This document shows, one piece after another, positions 38,049-50,410 of a stretch of 64,000 nucleotides of DNA. The position numbers and the translations under genes were made by a program. The notes beneath the pieces were generated by a model, which did not search any database, was not told where the DNA came from, and worked only from the letters and a program-made list of their open reading frames with translations. The first letter of the stretch is position 1, and each line of letters begins with the position of its first letter. This DNA comes from Squalus acanthias. Its lineage: Eukaryota. The stretch spans positions 68,202,001 through 68,266,000 of the forward strand of contig CM059438.1 of the NCBI GenBank assembly GCA_030390025.1. The letters run 5' to 3'.

Positions 38049-41000
38049 CATAGGATTACATAGGATATACAGCACAGAAACAGGCCATTCAGCCCAACCA
38101 GTCCATGCCGGCGTTTATGCTCCACACGAGCCTCCTCCCGTCTTTCCTCATCTAACTCTATCAGCATAACCCTCTAATCCCTTCTTCCTCATATGCTTGT
38201 CTAGCCTCCCCTTAAATGCATCCACAAATTTAGAAATTGTGTTTTTGATTCCAAAGTCTAAATCAGCAATGTAAATTGTGAACAGCAGTGGTCCCAGCAC
38301 TGATCCTTGTGGAACACCACTACCCACCTTCTGCTACTGTGAATAGCTACCCTTTACTCCTACTCTCTGCTTTCTGTCCTGAAGTCAGCCAGCAATCCAT
38401 TCTGCTGCTTGTCCCCTGACTCCGCATTCTTTGACCTTGTTCATCAGTCTATTATAGGGGTACCTTATCGAAGGCCTTTTGAAAATCCAGATAAATTACA
38501 TCGACTGCATTACCATTATCTACTCTCTCTGTTACCTCTTCAAAAAATTCAATAAGGTTGGTCGAGCAAGACTTTCCCTTTTGAAATCCATGCTGGCTAT
38601 TCATTATATTTTTGGTTTCTAGATGTTCTTCTATTTTCTCCTTTCGTAGGGATTCCGTTATTTTTCCTACCACTAATGTTAAACTGACTGGTCTATAATT
38701 CCCTGGACATGTTCTATCCCCCTTGTTAAATATCAGTATTACCTTAGCTCTCCGCCAGTCCTCTGGCACTACACCTTTTTCTAACGAATTATTAAATATG
38801 CGTAGTAATGCCTCTGCTATCTCTTCTCTAGATTCTTTTAAAATGCATGGATGCAATCCATCCAGACCAGGGGTTTTATCCTCTTTGAGTTTGATTAGTT
38901 TATTTAATATATCCCCTTTTTTTAATCTTAAATGCACTTATCTCATTATTAATCTCATCATCCAATGTCATGTCCACCTGTTCTATCTCCCTGGTAAATA
39001 CTGAAGCAAAATAATTATTTAATATTTTTGCCATCTCTCTGTCATTACCTGTGGTATTATCCTGTCTAACCCTTAATGGCCCTATTCCCATCCCAACCTA
39101 CCTTTTTTTATTGATGTGCCTATAAAATATTTTACTAATTTATTTTATGTTCCTTGATAATTTAATTTCATAGTTCCTCTTTGCCTCCCGAATTGTTTTT
39201 TTGACTTCTCTCCTAATCTTTTCATATTCTCCCTTATCATGCACTCCCCAGTTGTCTATGTACTTAATGTATGCCTCTTTCCTTACCCTCAATTGTTCCC
39301 TTATGGCTTTATTCATCCATGGAGTCTCATTATTGTTTAGTTTGTTCTTTTCTTTTAGCAGAATATATTTTTCCTGCACTCTGTTGAACACCGTTTTAAA
39401 TGTTTCCCATTGCTGCTCTACATCGTTGTCTGCCAATATTGTTGCCCATTTTATTTTCTGAAGTTCTATTCTCAGCCCCTCAAAATCAGCTTTTCTCCAA
39501 TCTATTAATCTGGTTTTCGTCATACTTATGTCCTTCTCAATTATCATCTTAAAGCGTAATATATTATGGTCACTATTGCCTATATGTTCCCCTACTTTTA
39601 CTTCTCTTATCTGCTCTGGTTCATTCCCCATTACTAGATCCAATAGTGAATCCTCCCATGTTGGGCTTTTTACATATTGGGTTAGAAATGAGTCCTGTAC
39701 ACATTGTAGGAACTCCATTCCCTTATCCCCTTTACCTACCTCTTTTGTCCAATTAATATCGGGGTGGTTGAAATCTCCCATGATTATTATTCTATGTTTT
39801 TTACTCATTTCCCTAATTTGTCTGCATATTTCTTCCGCCACCTCCCTTCCACTATTAGGTGGGCTGTAGACTTCGCCTATTAATATGATTGATCCTTTAT
39901 TATCTTTGATCTCTATCCATATGGATTCTATTTTTGTCTTGCTGATATGTGCGTCACTTTTTTCTACTGCTATTATGTTATCCTTAATATGTACAGCTAC
40001 TCCACTCCCCTTTTTTCCTCTCTATCTTTACTAAATATGTTATACCCTGCAATGTTTAATTCCCAGTCCTGATTTTTCTGTGCCATGTCTCAGTAATCCC
40101 TACTATGTCTGGTTTGTCACAACACATGATTGCCTCCAGCTCCCCTGTTTTATTATGGACAATGTGTGCATTGCTGTACAGACAGTTTAACTCATTATTA
40201 ATAGGATTTCCTCTCACTTTATGTTTAACCATCTTTTTAGACTCCTGTTCTATAACTCTATTTATTCCCTTGCCATCAATGTCCTCCCTTACTTTATTGT
40301 TTCCTGTGCTCTTTTTTCCTGTTTTGTTTATATTTAGGCTGATTACGTTTCTTGTCGATCCCTCCCCCCATCTTACTAGTTTAAAGCCTTTGCCACCTTC
40401 CTATTTACCCTTTCTGTTAGGACACGGGTCCCATCCTGGTTCAGGTGGAGCCCGTCCCATCGGTACAGCTCCTTCCTGTCCCAGAACTGGTGCCAGTCTC
40501 CCATGAAAAGGAAACCCTCTTTCCCACACCAGCCCTTTAGCCACGTGTTAATTCTCCTGATCTTTCTGCTTCGATGCCAATTTGCACGCGGCTCGGGCAA
40601 TAATCCAGAGATTATTACCCTCGAGGTCCTGCTTTTTAATTTAGATCCTAACACCTGATACTCTTTCAGCAGGACCTCCTCCCTGTTCCTACCTATGTCG
40701 TTTGTTCCAACTTGGACCACGACAACTGGATTTACCCCCTCCTTTTCCACGTTCCTCTCCAGCCACCGTGAGATATCCCTTACCCTGACACCGGGGTAGG
40801 CAACACACCCTTTGGAATTCTCATTCTTGGCTGCAGAGGGCGCCATCTATGCCCCTAATTATAGAATCCCCTATCGCCACCGCATTTCTATTCAGCTCTT
40901 CCCCCCCTTGGACAGCCTTCTGAGCCACGGTGCCTTGGTCTGCATTGTGGCTGTCCTCCCTGCAGTCTTTCTCCTTGTCCCCACAGGTACCGAGTACATC

Positions 41001-41470
41001 GTACCTGTTGGACAGGACCAGTGTCTGTGGGACCTCCTTCTCAACCTCTCCTTAATCTCTGCTACCCATCTCCCTAACGGTCACACCCACCTTTTCCTGA
41101 ACCTGTGCTTTCCTCTGGGGTGTGACTGTATTGTGGATAAAACTGTCCAGAAGTTCCTCCCCCTCCCTTATGCGTCGGAGTGTCTCCAACTCGCACTCCA
41201 GCTCAATGACTCTGAGCCGGAGAGATTCGAGACGGAGACATCTCCTGCAGACGTGTTTGCTCGGGACAGTCTCGCTGTCCACAAACTCCCACATACTGCA
41301 GTCCAGACACACAACCTGCTCTGCCATATCTTAGTCTAGCCTTATTTTGTTTATTTAATTAATTAAAGTCTTTAATCAACGATTATTTATAGTTATACTA
41401 ATTAGTTTAACTAGTTAAGCTGTAAATTTAATGCAGTGTGTTATAGTTTCCCACTCCTAGTTTAAACCAC
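38049..41470 (-). mobile_element. CR1 LINE retaining ORF1 and the 5' part of ORF2, RT C-terminus deleted
   Basis: ORF1 has CxxC...CxxC plus coiled coil (41327-41052) and SGNH esterase motifs (GDSIIR, GTNDI, DGLHLN). ORF2 has MGDFN, LDLVM, SDH, NYRPVSLT, DFQKAFDKV. The sequence jumps to the 3' end near 38220. Confidence 0.93.
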
Positions 41471-42482
41471 TGTCTTAGTTTAGAGACTTGCGGCCTTTAC
41501 TGGAACTTACTGACATTGCAGCCTTCTGTTTTAAAAAAGTCCTGACTGACTGCTTGTGGCCTGTTTCTCTGTCTCTGTCTCTTTACCTCCCAGTGTCCAC
41601 AGCCCGAAAGAAGTGCCTATCTAAGATAACTCCTGCCAAGCACCTGGCTCCAGGGGCCTTCCAACACATTGGATGTGAGGTGTTTATCAATTGCTAACAG
41701 GCTAACAAATTGATTATTGTTATATTATTTGGGGAAATGACTTCAAAGTCTAGCTCATTCGCTTATTAATGACCTTTCACCTCTGACGTTTTTTAAATTT
41801 GAAAAATGTGAAAAATGGTCAGAAATTTCTGAAGCATGATGGTCACATTTCAGGACTTTAAAGGAACCATTCTTATTGTCTTTACCAAATGAGAGCTGGT
41901 GCTTTGTCAACTTCGCTGAGGGGAAGTTCTCCAGCATCAATTCCTAAAGTTGCTGAATTAAGATTTTTTGCAGATTTACTATTGCTCCAGCATGCCTCTT
42001 TTCTTCAGATGATGCTTCCTCAGAAAGATTACATTTTTCGGAAGCTTTTCTGTTACCGACTAAGTGCAAAAAGTCACCTTATTTCATTGACCACCATTGA
42101 TGGCTGAAAGCCATTGTAGTTGATTAATTGGAAAAAAAAGTAAAAGAACATTGTCAACAGCTCCCTGGTGGCTCAACAGGTAAACTTACTCCACAATGTG
42201 GTACCAAAGAATTAATATCCGGTCTTTGTTCAGTGAGCTCGTTTCAGTGAAGTCAATTATAAAAACACGACAGTTGGTCTCATTGTCCCAGATTAGTGAG
42301 GGGACAAATTAGCAAGGGTTCTTGCTTCTGAATGCTATTTGTTGCTCCCTCAATGGCTTTGCCAGTTTGTTCAATGACTAGCTGAGCCTTCCTGACCAGG
42401 ATGGACCAAGGTTTGATTCCCGCTCTATGCAGTCGAGGTGGTGACAGAGGCACGGCAGTTGGTCCCAGCTCCCTTCAATTGC

Positions 42483-42580
42483 ACGGACTGCAGCGGTTCA
42501 AGAAGGCGGCTCACCACCACCTTCTCAAAGGCAATTAGTGATGGGCAATAAATGCCAGCGACACCCACATCCCATAAATA
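42483..42580 (+). mobile_element. LINE family B 3' tail fragment
   Basis: GGACTGCAGCGGTTCAAGAAGGCGGCTCACCACCACCTTCTCAA, as near 13780 and 50300. Confidence 0.85.
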
Positions 42581-43834
42581 AATTTTTTTAAAAAGGAGAT
42601 GAACTAAACTTTGAATTAAGGTGTGGCGATAAATTTCAAACAGTTCTTCAAAATCAAAGGGATGGATGTTAAAATGTATCATTCTGCCTGCTTTGATGTC
42701 TGCAGAATTTTCTTAGACTCCTTAGTGAGTAGCTCGTGAACAAATTCAAGAAACCTCAGTCCATTTCCCAATTGAGACAGATTGCTGGTATGGAGCTTTC
42801 ATGTCTTTGTGCGTGCTTCACATTAGTTTGGTGCTCAGCTTCTCAGATGCCACAAAGCTGTTCAGATCCTTATTTGGGTACATTGAGAAGACAAGGCTTT
42901 TCAGATGTATATCATTTAGACACATTTTTGAAGGATTGGGCCGGAGGGCACATCATTGCATTACCCATGTCCAGGACTGTAATCTGCTCAAAGAATCAAG
43001 ATGGGGAAAAGCAAATCAGGAGGAAGTCAGCTGTGATATTTAGACATGAATACATTTTCATTTGTAGGAATTGGAAAAGGAGATTTGAACTTTAGAATCT
43101 TTTACATGAGGGAGAATTATCTTATCATCTTTAACACAATACAAGTCCTGGCAACAATGCTTTTGTGACAATATTCATTAGTTTTGCTGTAGATTTGTGA
43201 CACACCGCATGACTTTAGGGCTCAAGTTACCAAGTGACGACCATGGAACCAGGTTATAGGAGCAAGAAACGGTGCAAGGAAAAATGGAAAGTCAGGAATA
43301 GCAACAATGCTTAACTGGGGACCATAGGTCTGAGCTCACATCAAGTTTAGGAATGATGTTGCAACTGTGCTCAAAATTATCACAGCAGCCTTTACGCCCA
43401 GCAGACATTTGTCATCATCTGTTGTGCTGACAATTGTAGTAACTGTCAGTGCTATTTGCAGCTGCTATTAAGGATTCACTTGGTAGGCAGAAATATATAT
43501 GATATTAAAGGGGCAGTGAGATTCTGTGGTTTGGGCAAGTTCAGTTCCTGGCAGAGCAAGGCGCAGCAGATGGCAAGAGCTCCACTTTTGTCACAGCAGT
43601 ATTGGGCACCATGCAAGATGGTTCTATTGCTGCTTTGAGATAGGGTGCAGTGAAAACTATTTTTCACTGTTGATCACAGAGTTGCTCCTGTAAGAGAAAA
43701 CATTGATCATCATGCCACCAAACTGATATCCCTGCTATTTTACCAAGAAGATAAGACACCTTGGTCTAACAATGAAGACCTTGATCTATTTCTAATCACA
43801 GGATTTATATTATCCTTTGCGTAATATGCAAATC

Positions 43835-44222
43835 GAGAGCCACTGAATGTTCCGTGTGCGTGTGTCATTTTGTTTATAAAGCTTTGTCGAAAAAGTTTAT
43901 TTTTGTAAATATAAAAATGCCAGAATTGTACGCTTAAGAGTTTAGCAATTGAGTAGAGCAATAAAAAAGCCTTCAAGCTCCAACTTGTTGGTTAGGTCCA
44001 GGTACAGGAACCACTACAGTTACTTTATTCTCCCTCCTTACTTGGTACAGATGATCTGGTCTTTATCACATTGCTGTCTGTAGGAACTTGCTGTGAGCAA
44101 ATTGGCTGCTGTGTTTCCCACATTGCAACAGTGACTACGCTTCAAATGTTTTTAATTGCCTGTGAAGCGATTTGGGATGTTCTGAGGTCATGAAAGGTGC
44201 TATTTAAATGCAAATCTTTTTC
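43835..44222 (+). repeat. Dispersed repeat copy 1: unassigned ~210-bp head plus Deu-SINE 3' half
   Basis: Co-linear with 62332-62719. The 3' half matches 63796-63965. Confidence 0.88.
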
Positions 44223-44271
44223 TTAGTGCTTAGCTTGGGGGATGTTTGATCAGTGCTGTTGAGATACCGAT

Positions 44272-44382
44272 TGAAACAGAATAATTGCATGTAGCCTTAA
44301 AGGCATGAGAAACAGAATAATTGCATGTTGGCTTCAAGGCGTGAGAAACAGAATAATTGCATGGAGGCTTCAAGGCATGAGA
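44272..44382. repeat. 36-bp tandem repeat, 3 copies
   Basis: TGAGAAACAGAATAATTGCATGnnGGCTTCAAGGCA. Confidence 0.92.
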
Positions 44383-44386
44383 CTAC

Positions 44387-46213
44387 GGACTGAATTTTGC
44401 CGGCGCTCAGAGTGTGGGTTTGGAGGCAGGTCCGCTGTCAAAATCACAAAGACTGACAGCGGGTCAGTATCCCGCTGTAAACCCGCCTCCTTGTCAGTTT
44501 CCCAAGTGTCGGATCTGATATCCCTGAACAGACCCGACACCAAGCAGCGGGTCAGCCAATTTAGATAGTTAAAAGCTTCTTAAAAGGTAGTTAAGAACCA
44601 TTTTCCCATGTACTTAGCATTTTACCAGGTTTTCAACGAGGTTCCCAGAGAGCGACTATCACGTCCGGTAAGTGTGTCGGGTTCTCAATGACTGTGGATT
44701 GCTGTGAATAGGTGACAGCTGCAGAAGTGGTCTAAAAGCTACCATTTCACAGCTGGTCACTTCTCAATCTTAGAAGCTGGAGCATTAATGATTTGGAACC
44801 CACTTTAGAGCTTTATGCACTTTTGAAGTGTTTGGAGTAATCGCTCTATCCACTGTCACCTCCTTGGAACAACCTATCTCAACATTGACAGATTACTTCT
44901 GTCATCTCAACCTCACCTGCCATCTATTCCATCAGCATCGGTGCCCTTGAAAAAATTCACCTTGGTCCTCAGAATCCCAACACGATCAGCCCGAACACCA
45001 GCATCACCGGGCACACCAGCAGCACCAACATCCACACCAGTCTTCTCCACAATGAACTGATGCTGCACTGGACATAGGGCATCATCACCCGTGCACATTG
45101 CTGCCTGGGACGCCAGCGATGGACTCACCATGTCCAGATTTGCTTCACATAACACTGTACATCCTGGCTGCCACATGATGCACCAGGTTGGCACCACCCC
45201 ACACCAGCACCATAAAGCATTCCTACAAAGTCCAAGCCATTCCTTTCATACTTATCACCACTGGGGGTGGGGGAGGGGGGGGGTGCGAGGTGGAAATGAT
45301 GGCTCACCATTTGCTGGAGCTCACTAAGACACTTCTAAAGATGCACACAAATCTGTCCAATAAGGTAAAGTGTTGAAAATATAGATTTCAATGTTTGACA
45401 ATACATTAACAGAAACTTCCATGAACATTGGTTAAACCACCCAAGTGCCTACCCTTGTGTGTTGTTAGTTGGTATGCTTGCAGTCGGATGAGTGTGAGTG
45501 TGAGGGGTGGCTAGTGAGATGGGGAAGTGATAATGTAGATAGAGAGGGATGGGTGGAGGTGCAAGGTAAGTTGGTGTGAGTAAAGATGTGCTGGAGTAGG
45601 GTAGGGAAGGCAGAGTGATGGGGATGTGATGAGTGGCACAGCAGGATGAGGTTGAGTGTGGCTTGGTAGTAACGTTTCGTGATCTGCTCAGATCATTGAA
45701 AGGCGTGCGCCACTGCAGCCTGGTCCTCCTGACGACATCCCTGCTTTTGCCCGCCTGTGCAATGTGCAACCAGGCTTTGTTGGTGTCCTGAGGAGGTCTG
45801 TTCCGCCCTTGGAAGGGAAGAGGACCTACATGCATGCTGTGACTCCCTCCATGCATGCTGTGACTCCCTTCCTAAGCATACAGAGGGAGTCATGGGGAGC
45901 CTGGGTGAGGCGAGCACCTTTGTGAATTGCTTGTCAGTGTTTGCAGCACCTCAATGCTGCAGAACACCAACAGAACAACTGTTAAAATGAATGTGGACAC
46001 GGTCCCTTTAAGGTAAACGGCTGATGACACATCATCAAATGACGTCATCAGACCCGCTTCCGTTTAATTGGCTGGGAAACGCGCAGGACAAGCTTAACAA
46101 GCCCAATCTACGTAAAATCACTTGGAGAGAGTGGGCTGGAGCCGGGAGCGGGACGGGGACCCGCCAACCACCTCTCCTGCCGCGATCCCGCATCCGCTGG
46201 CAAAATCACGGCC
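44387..46213. mobile_element. Non-autonomous Harbinger deletion derivative, copy D (family of copy A)
   Basis: TIRs GGACTGAATTTTGCCGGCG / GGCCGTGATTTTGCCAGCG, TSD TAC. Retains a Myb exon 1 remnant (RPPQDTNKAWLHIAQ...RRTRLQWRTPFNDL) and homology to 13-300 and 1715-3236. Confidence 0.9.
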
Positions 46214-46879
46214 TACATGTTAATGGCACTGAATATGGGGCGGGGTGTATCTGGGCGGCCGAAGCTTTACCGCCCAGTTTGTGCTAACGCCCAAAAGAAA
46301 GTTCTGCCCCATTGTCTCTAAATAGCCTGGGGGTTGTGAAAATTAAAATTTCGACTTAGTTTCTTGTCTCCGGCCTGCCCCAGGACTCCCAAAGGCCTTC
46401 CAGACAGTGAGATATCGGCATTATTCAATGGGCGCTCAGTGAGCAGTGAAAACGAGTCGGGTGGTTGGGAACGCCAGGTTTCACCTCATTTACATCGCAC
46501 TGATGGGCCAGCCTCTACTGGTCTCCCAACTCCACTCCCCCCCAAAACAAGGGATTCCATGAAAATCCCAAGGCAACATAAAGGAAATGGAGACCCTGCA
46601 AGACAGGTTCCGACTCTGTTTTGCTGTAATTCTATGTAAATATTGTGTACGGGAAATTGGGAATTATCTGACGCAAATGTCAGAAACATCATCCTGTATA
46701 CCTGAAGTTTTGTTTGCTTTGTAAAGGGAGAAAGTATCCCACTTGTTTAAATGTCTTTTCAGTTATGGTGACATTTTGGATTATAATTCACCCTCATAAA
46801 TATTGCAATCACTGGTAAAGTTGGCATGACTACATATTAGCTCCATAATAGACTTATGTGTAATGAAAAATGACACACT

Positions 46880-48333
46880 GCAGGAATGTGTCAAAGTAAC
46901 ATCTGATTTCCGTGTGCGCTTGCGCTAAATCCCCAACTTGCGGTACGCGTTGACAGGCCACAAGTTGCACCCTGGGCTTCTGTTTCCATGTCAATAGTTA
47001 TTTGCCACCAAAATCCTAATTGCTGGTGCAGAGTTGGGCTAATTGCCTACCAACTGCCCAGCAATTACATACGAAAATTTACGGTTGGTGGAAATAGGCA
47101 CAGGGACCGTTTCCATAGCATAAGGGGATACCCGAAATACAAAAAAATGCTTTTTTTTTAAAATTAAGTGACATCCAAGAACATTAAAACCTTTAACGAG
47201 ACGCAATCCTAGTGTATGTTAAAGCTGCTGGGATTTTTTAAAATAACGTTTACATTTCATAACTTTCTGCACAGTATTTGTTTAGAAGTGGGGATTATGA
47301 GTAATGAATTGAATTCCCACGATAAAAGCTAAATCTATGGCCCAGAAATTGATCTCGCTCTGTTCCCGCGGGGGTAAGGAGCAGGCGCGATCTCTCACTC
47401 CGCGTTGGCTTTTGCAGATCCAGCTCGCACGAACTTGATGTTCTAGACATCAGCTGGGCAGTGCTTGCGTATCCCACAGGCGTAGTGAATTTGTGCGAGC
47501 TGTGTGATCACGTGACTCAGTTAGAGCCAATGGCAGCACACCATCTTCCATTCATAAGTTTCACATACGTGCTGTGAAAGCTATGAATCTTACACCCCCC
47601 CAAAATAACAGCTAAACCTCAATTAAATAAAAAAAAACATCACATTAATAAAATAAGTATAGTTAAATAAATTAACCATTTTAAATAAAAAATTAAATTT
47701 TTGAAAAAATTTAAAATCTTTTAAAAAGTTATAAAAATAAACTTACCTGTCTTTAAAGTCTCTAAAAAAGATATACCTGTTAAAAAAAATTCAAAATAAT
47801 ACTTAATTCACTACTTACCTTGTTAAAAGTGGGTCTTACTCCTCCTTTTTTCATTTCTAAAATCTTCCGTCCTTACCTGCGCGTCCAAAGCACTAAGTGC
47901 ACAGCGTGCGCGCAGCCTGTAGTGCGCACGCGGTGCAGCGAGGAACCGCCCCCTTTTCCAAAGACCAAGTGCCGGTTTTCAGCGCATGCGCAGTGCATGC
48001 AGAAAACCGGCAATTGGAGAGTGCGTACTCTCGCGTAGCGGCATCAATTTTTGGCCCTATATGTATTTTAAAGGCTGTAGTTCTGAAGTAATGTAGTAAT
48101 TTAAATGAATGGAAGGCAATTTGTTTCCTGATTGGAGGACCAGGCCCACGTGCTCCTAGGGACGCTTCCGCACAGGCTGCACCCCTGGGGTCCGTGGGCC
48201 ATTACGCTGCCCTCCAGCACGCAGTGCCAGACAGCAAGTTTACGAAGGAGGGCCACCATCAGGTAGGTGCGTATTCTTTTCGCAGGTCGGCGGTGTGCTC
48301 CGGAGGTACGCCGCGGACCACAATTTCTGGCCC
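46880..48333. mobile_element. Older Harbinger-type MITE hosting a nested MITE; left end uncertain
   Basis: Right terminus CAATTTCTGGCCC at 48321-48333. GC-rich ends around an AT-rich centre. Confidence 0.5.
47339..48057. mobile_element. Harbinger-type MITE, related to 27193-27951 in opposite orientation
   Basis: TIRs GGCCCAGAAATTGAT / GGGCCAAAAATTGAT, TSD TAT. Shares the GCATGCACTGCGCATGCGCT hairpin and AT-rich core. Confidence 0.9.
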
Positions 48334-48749
48334 AATGAATTCATCCGTGGCTAATTGTTGCTTCACAGAAAGTAAGATCTGTTGGTTTGTGCATAGACTG
48401 CAAGAAGACAAAAGGGATTTAAGTTGCAATCTGAGTGCTGGAAGCCTGATACAGCAAATAACTATTGACATGGAAACAGAAGCCCAGGGTGAAACCCTGT
48501 GGGTTGTTCTGTTAATTATGGTGATTGTTGTAAAAACATTTGCTTCTGACATTTGATGCTCTGCTCTGTTAAAATCTGACAAAATGAGTCCTACAAACCA
48601 CAAATGGCCTAATATCAGATGCATCTTGCATGATATATTCAGTGCAGTGATCACACTGGTAGCTCCGATGCACAACATGCTTCATATAATAAAGTATAAT
48701 TATTCATCTTATTTTCTGTGATTATTTAACAAATACTGGGAACGGCTTT

Positions 48750-48982
48750 CACCTCACTGGAATGGGAAATCGCTATCACAAGCAGTAGTTGAGGCGAATA
48801 ACATAGATGCATTCAAGGGGAAGTTAGATAAACACATGAGGGAGAAAGGAATAGAAGGTTATGCTGACGGGGTGAGATGAAGAGGGGTCGGAGGAGGCTC
48901 GTGTGGAGCATAAAGATCGGCACGGAGCAGTTGGGCCGAATGGCCTGTTTCTCTGCTGTACATTCTATCTAATTCTATGTAA
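48750..48982 (+). mobile_element. CR1 3'-end fragment
   Basis: GCATTCAAGGGGAAGTTAGAT...TTGGGCCGAATGGCCTGTTTCT plus ATTCTATG-type tail. Confidence 0.85.
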
Positions 48983-49432
48983 CTATTGTTGCCATCGCTC
49001 AGTAGTTTGGCACCTTGCTGTAATCATCGATTGCCGCAAGACCCACTGGAAAGAGTGCAATCTCAGTTCTTCAAGAAAGTAGGTGGAACATACACAAGAG
49101 TATTGTCTTGCTGTAAAGATAACGCGAACACTTAGCTTGTTTTTGGAATTGCTTTTCTTTTTCAGAAGAGAAGCTGTAACCTCTTCGACACCCCATGAAT
49201 AAAGTCTTCTTTTGTACCCATGTAAACGAAGACTCAGAAACTTCGTGGGAAAGAGATCTGCAGCAGAGATGTTGGAAGCTTGGTTCAAATTTCTTAAAAG
49301 GTTAAGATGTAAGGTGGTCCGGCTACTGCATATTAAGCTTGTAAATTATCCTTCAATCTTGCTTTAAATAGACCAAGTAATTATCTGCTCAAACATCTGT
49401 CAAAAAGCAGTTCATTTCCAACATCAAAGGGC

Positions 49433-49484
49433 AATTTCAGAGCAATGAAATTTCAGAGCAATGAAACTTCAGAGCAATGAAACT
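49433..49484. repeat. 16-bp tandem repeat, 3 copies
   Basis: TTTCAGAGCAATGAAA three times. Confidence 0.9.
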
Positions 49485-49979
49485 CTCAGCTATTATTTTC
49501 CACACAACTTCCTACACATACTGTAATTAATTTTAAGTTTTAACATTTAAATTGGAGCTGTTTTTAACCCATGAATAGGATTATTTATAGTAATTGACCA
49601 GCCCTGGGCTAAACTTAGCAATGAAAATTATTCAGATCCTTTCCTGTTCTCTTCTGATTCATTATAATTTGATTGCCTCCAGGATTAAGCGGCAGGTATG
49701 GCCAAAAATACAGTGATTGCTTTTAAGAGTGTGGCTGTAGAAATATTTCATTGATGAGGAGTAAAAGTTGAGAAGCTTTCTGAAACCTTCAGGAAGTTAA
49801 ATGCCACTGCTTCCTTATGAGTCAGATAATCTCAGAAGCAGAGCAAAAAATTATTTGAGTGGAAAATTATGGGGCAACAAGTGGAGAATTAAGAAATTCT
49901 CTATTCGCTGCACTGGAAAGTTGATGATCCCAAGTATCTCCTTCACAGAAAGCCCCTTGTGAACTGGAGGAAAAAGCAG

Positions 49980-50410
49980 TCACTTGATTGACACCCCATC
50001 CACCACGTTAAACATTCACTCCCTCCACCACCGGCATACCGTGGCTGCAGTGTGTACCGTCTACAAGATGCACTGCAGCAACTCGCCAAGGCTTCTTTGA
50101 CAGCACCTCCCAAACCCGCGACCTCTACCACCTAGAAGGACAAGGGCAGCAGACACATGGGAACACCACCACCTGCAGGTTCCCCTCCAAGTCACACCCC
50201 ATCCTGACTTGGAAATATATCGCCGTTCCTTCATCATCGCTGGGTCAAAGTCCGGGAACTCCCCACCTAACAGCGCTGTGGGAGTACCTTCACCACACGG
50301 ACTGCAGCAGTTCGAGAAGGCAGCACGCCACCACCTTCTCAAGGACAATTAGGGATGGGCCATAAATTCTGGCTTTGCCAGTGACGCCCACATCCGTGAA
50401 AGAATTAAAA
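49980..50410 (+). mobile_element. LINE family B 3' fragment
   Basis: Co-linear with 13463-13890. Confidence 0.9.

Noticed and set aside
44272..44382. 36-bp repeat of CRISPR-like length
   Set aside because: Three head-to-tail copies with no spacers, in a eukaryotic context.
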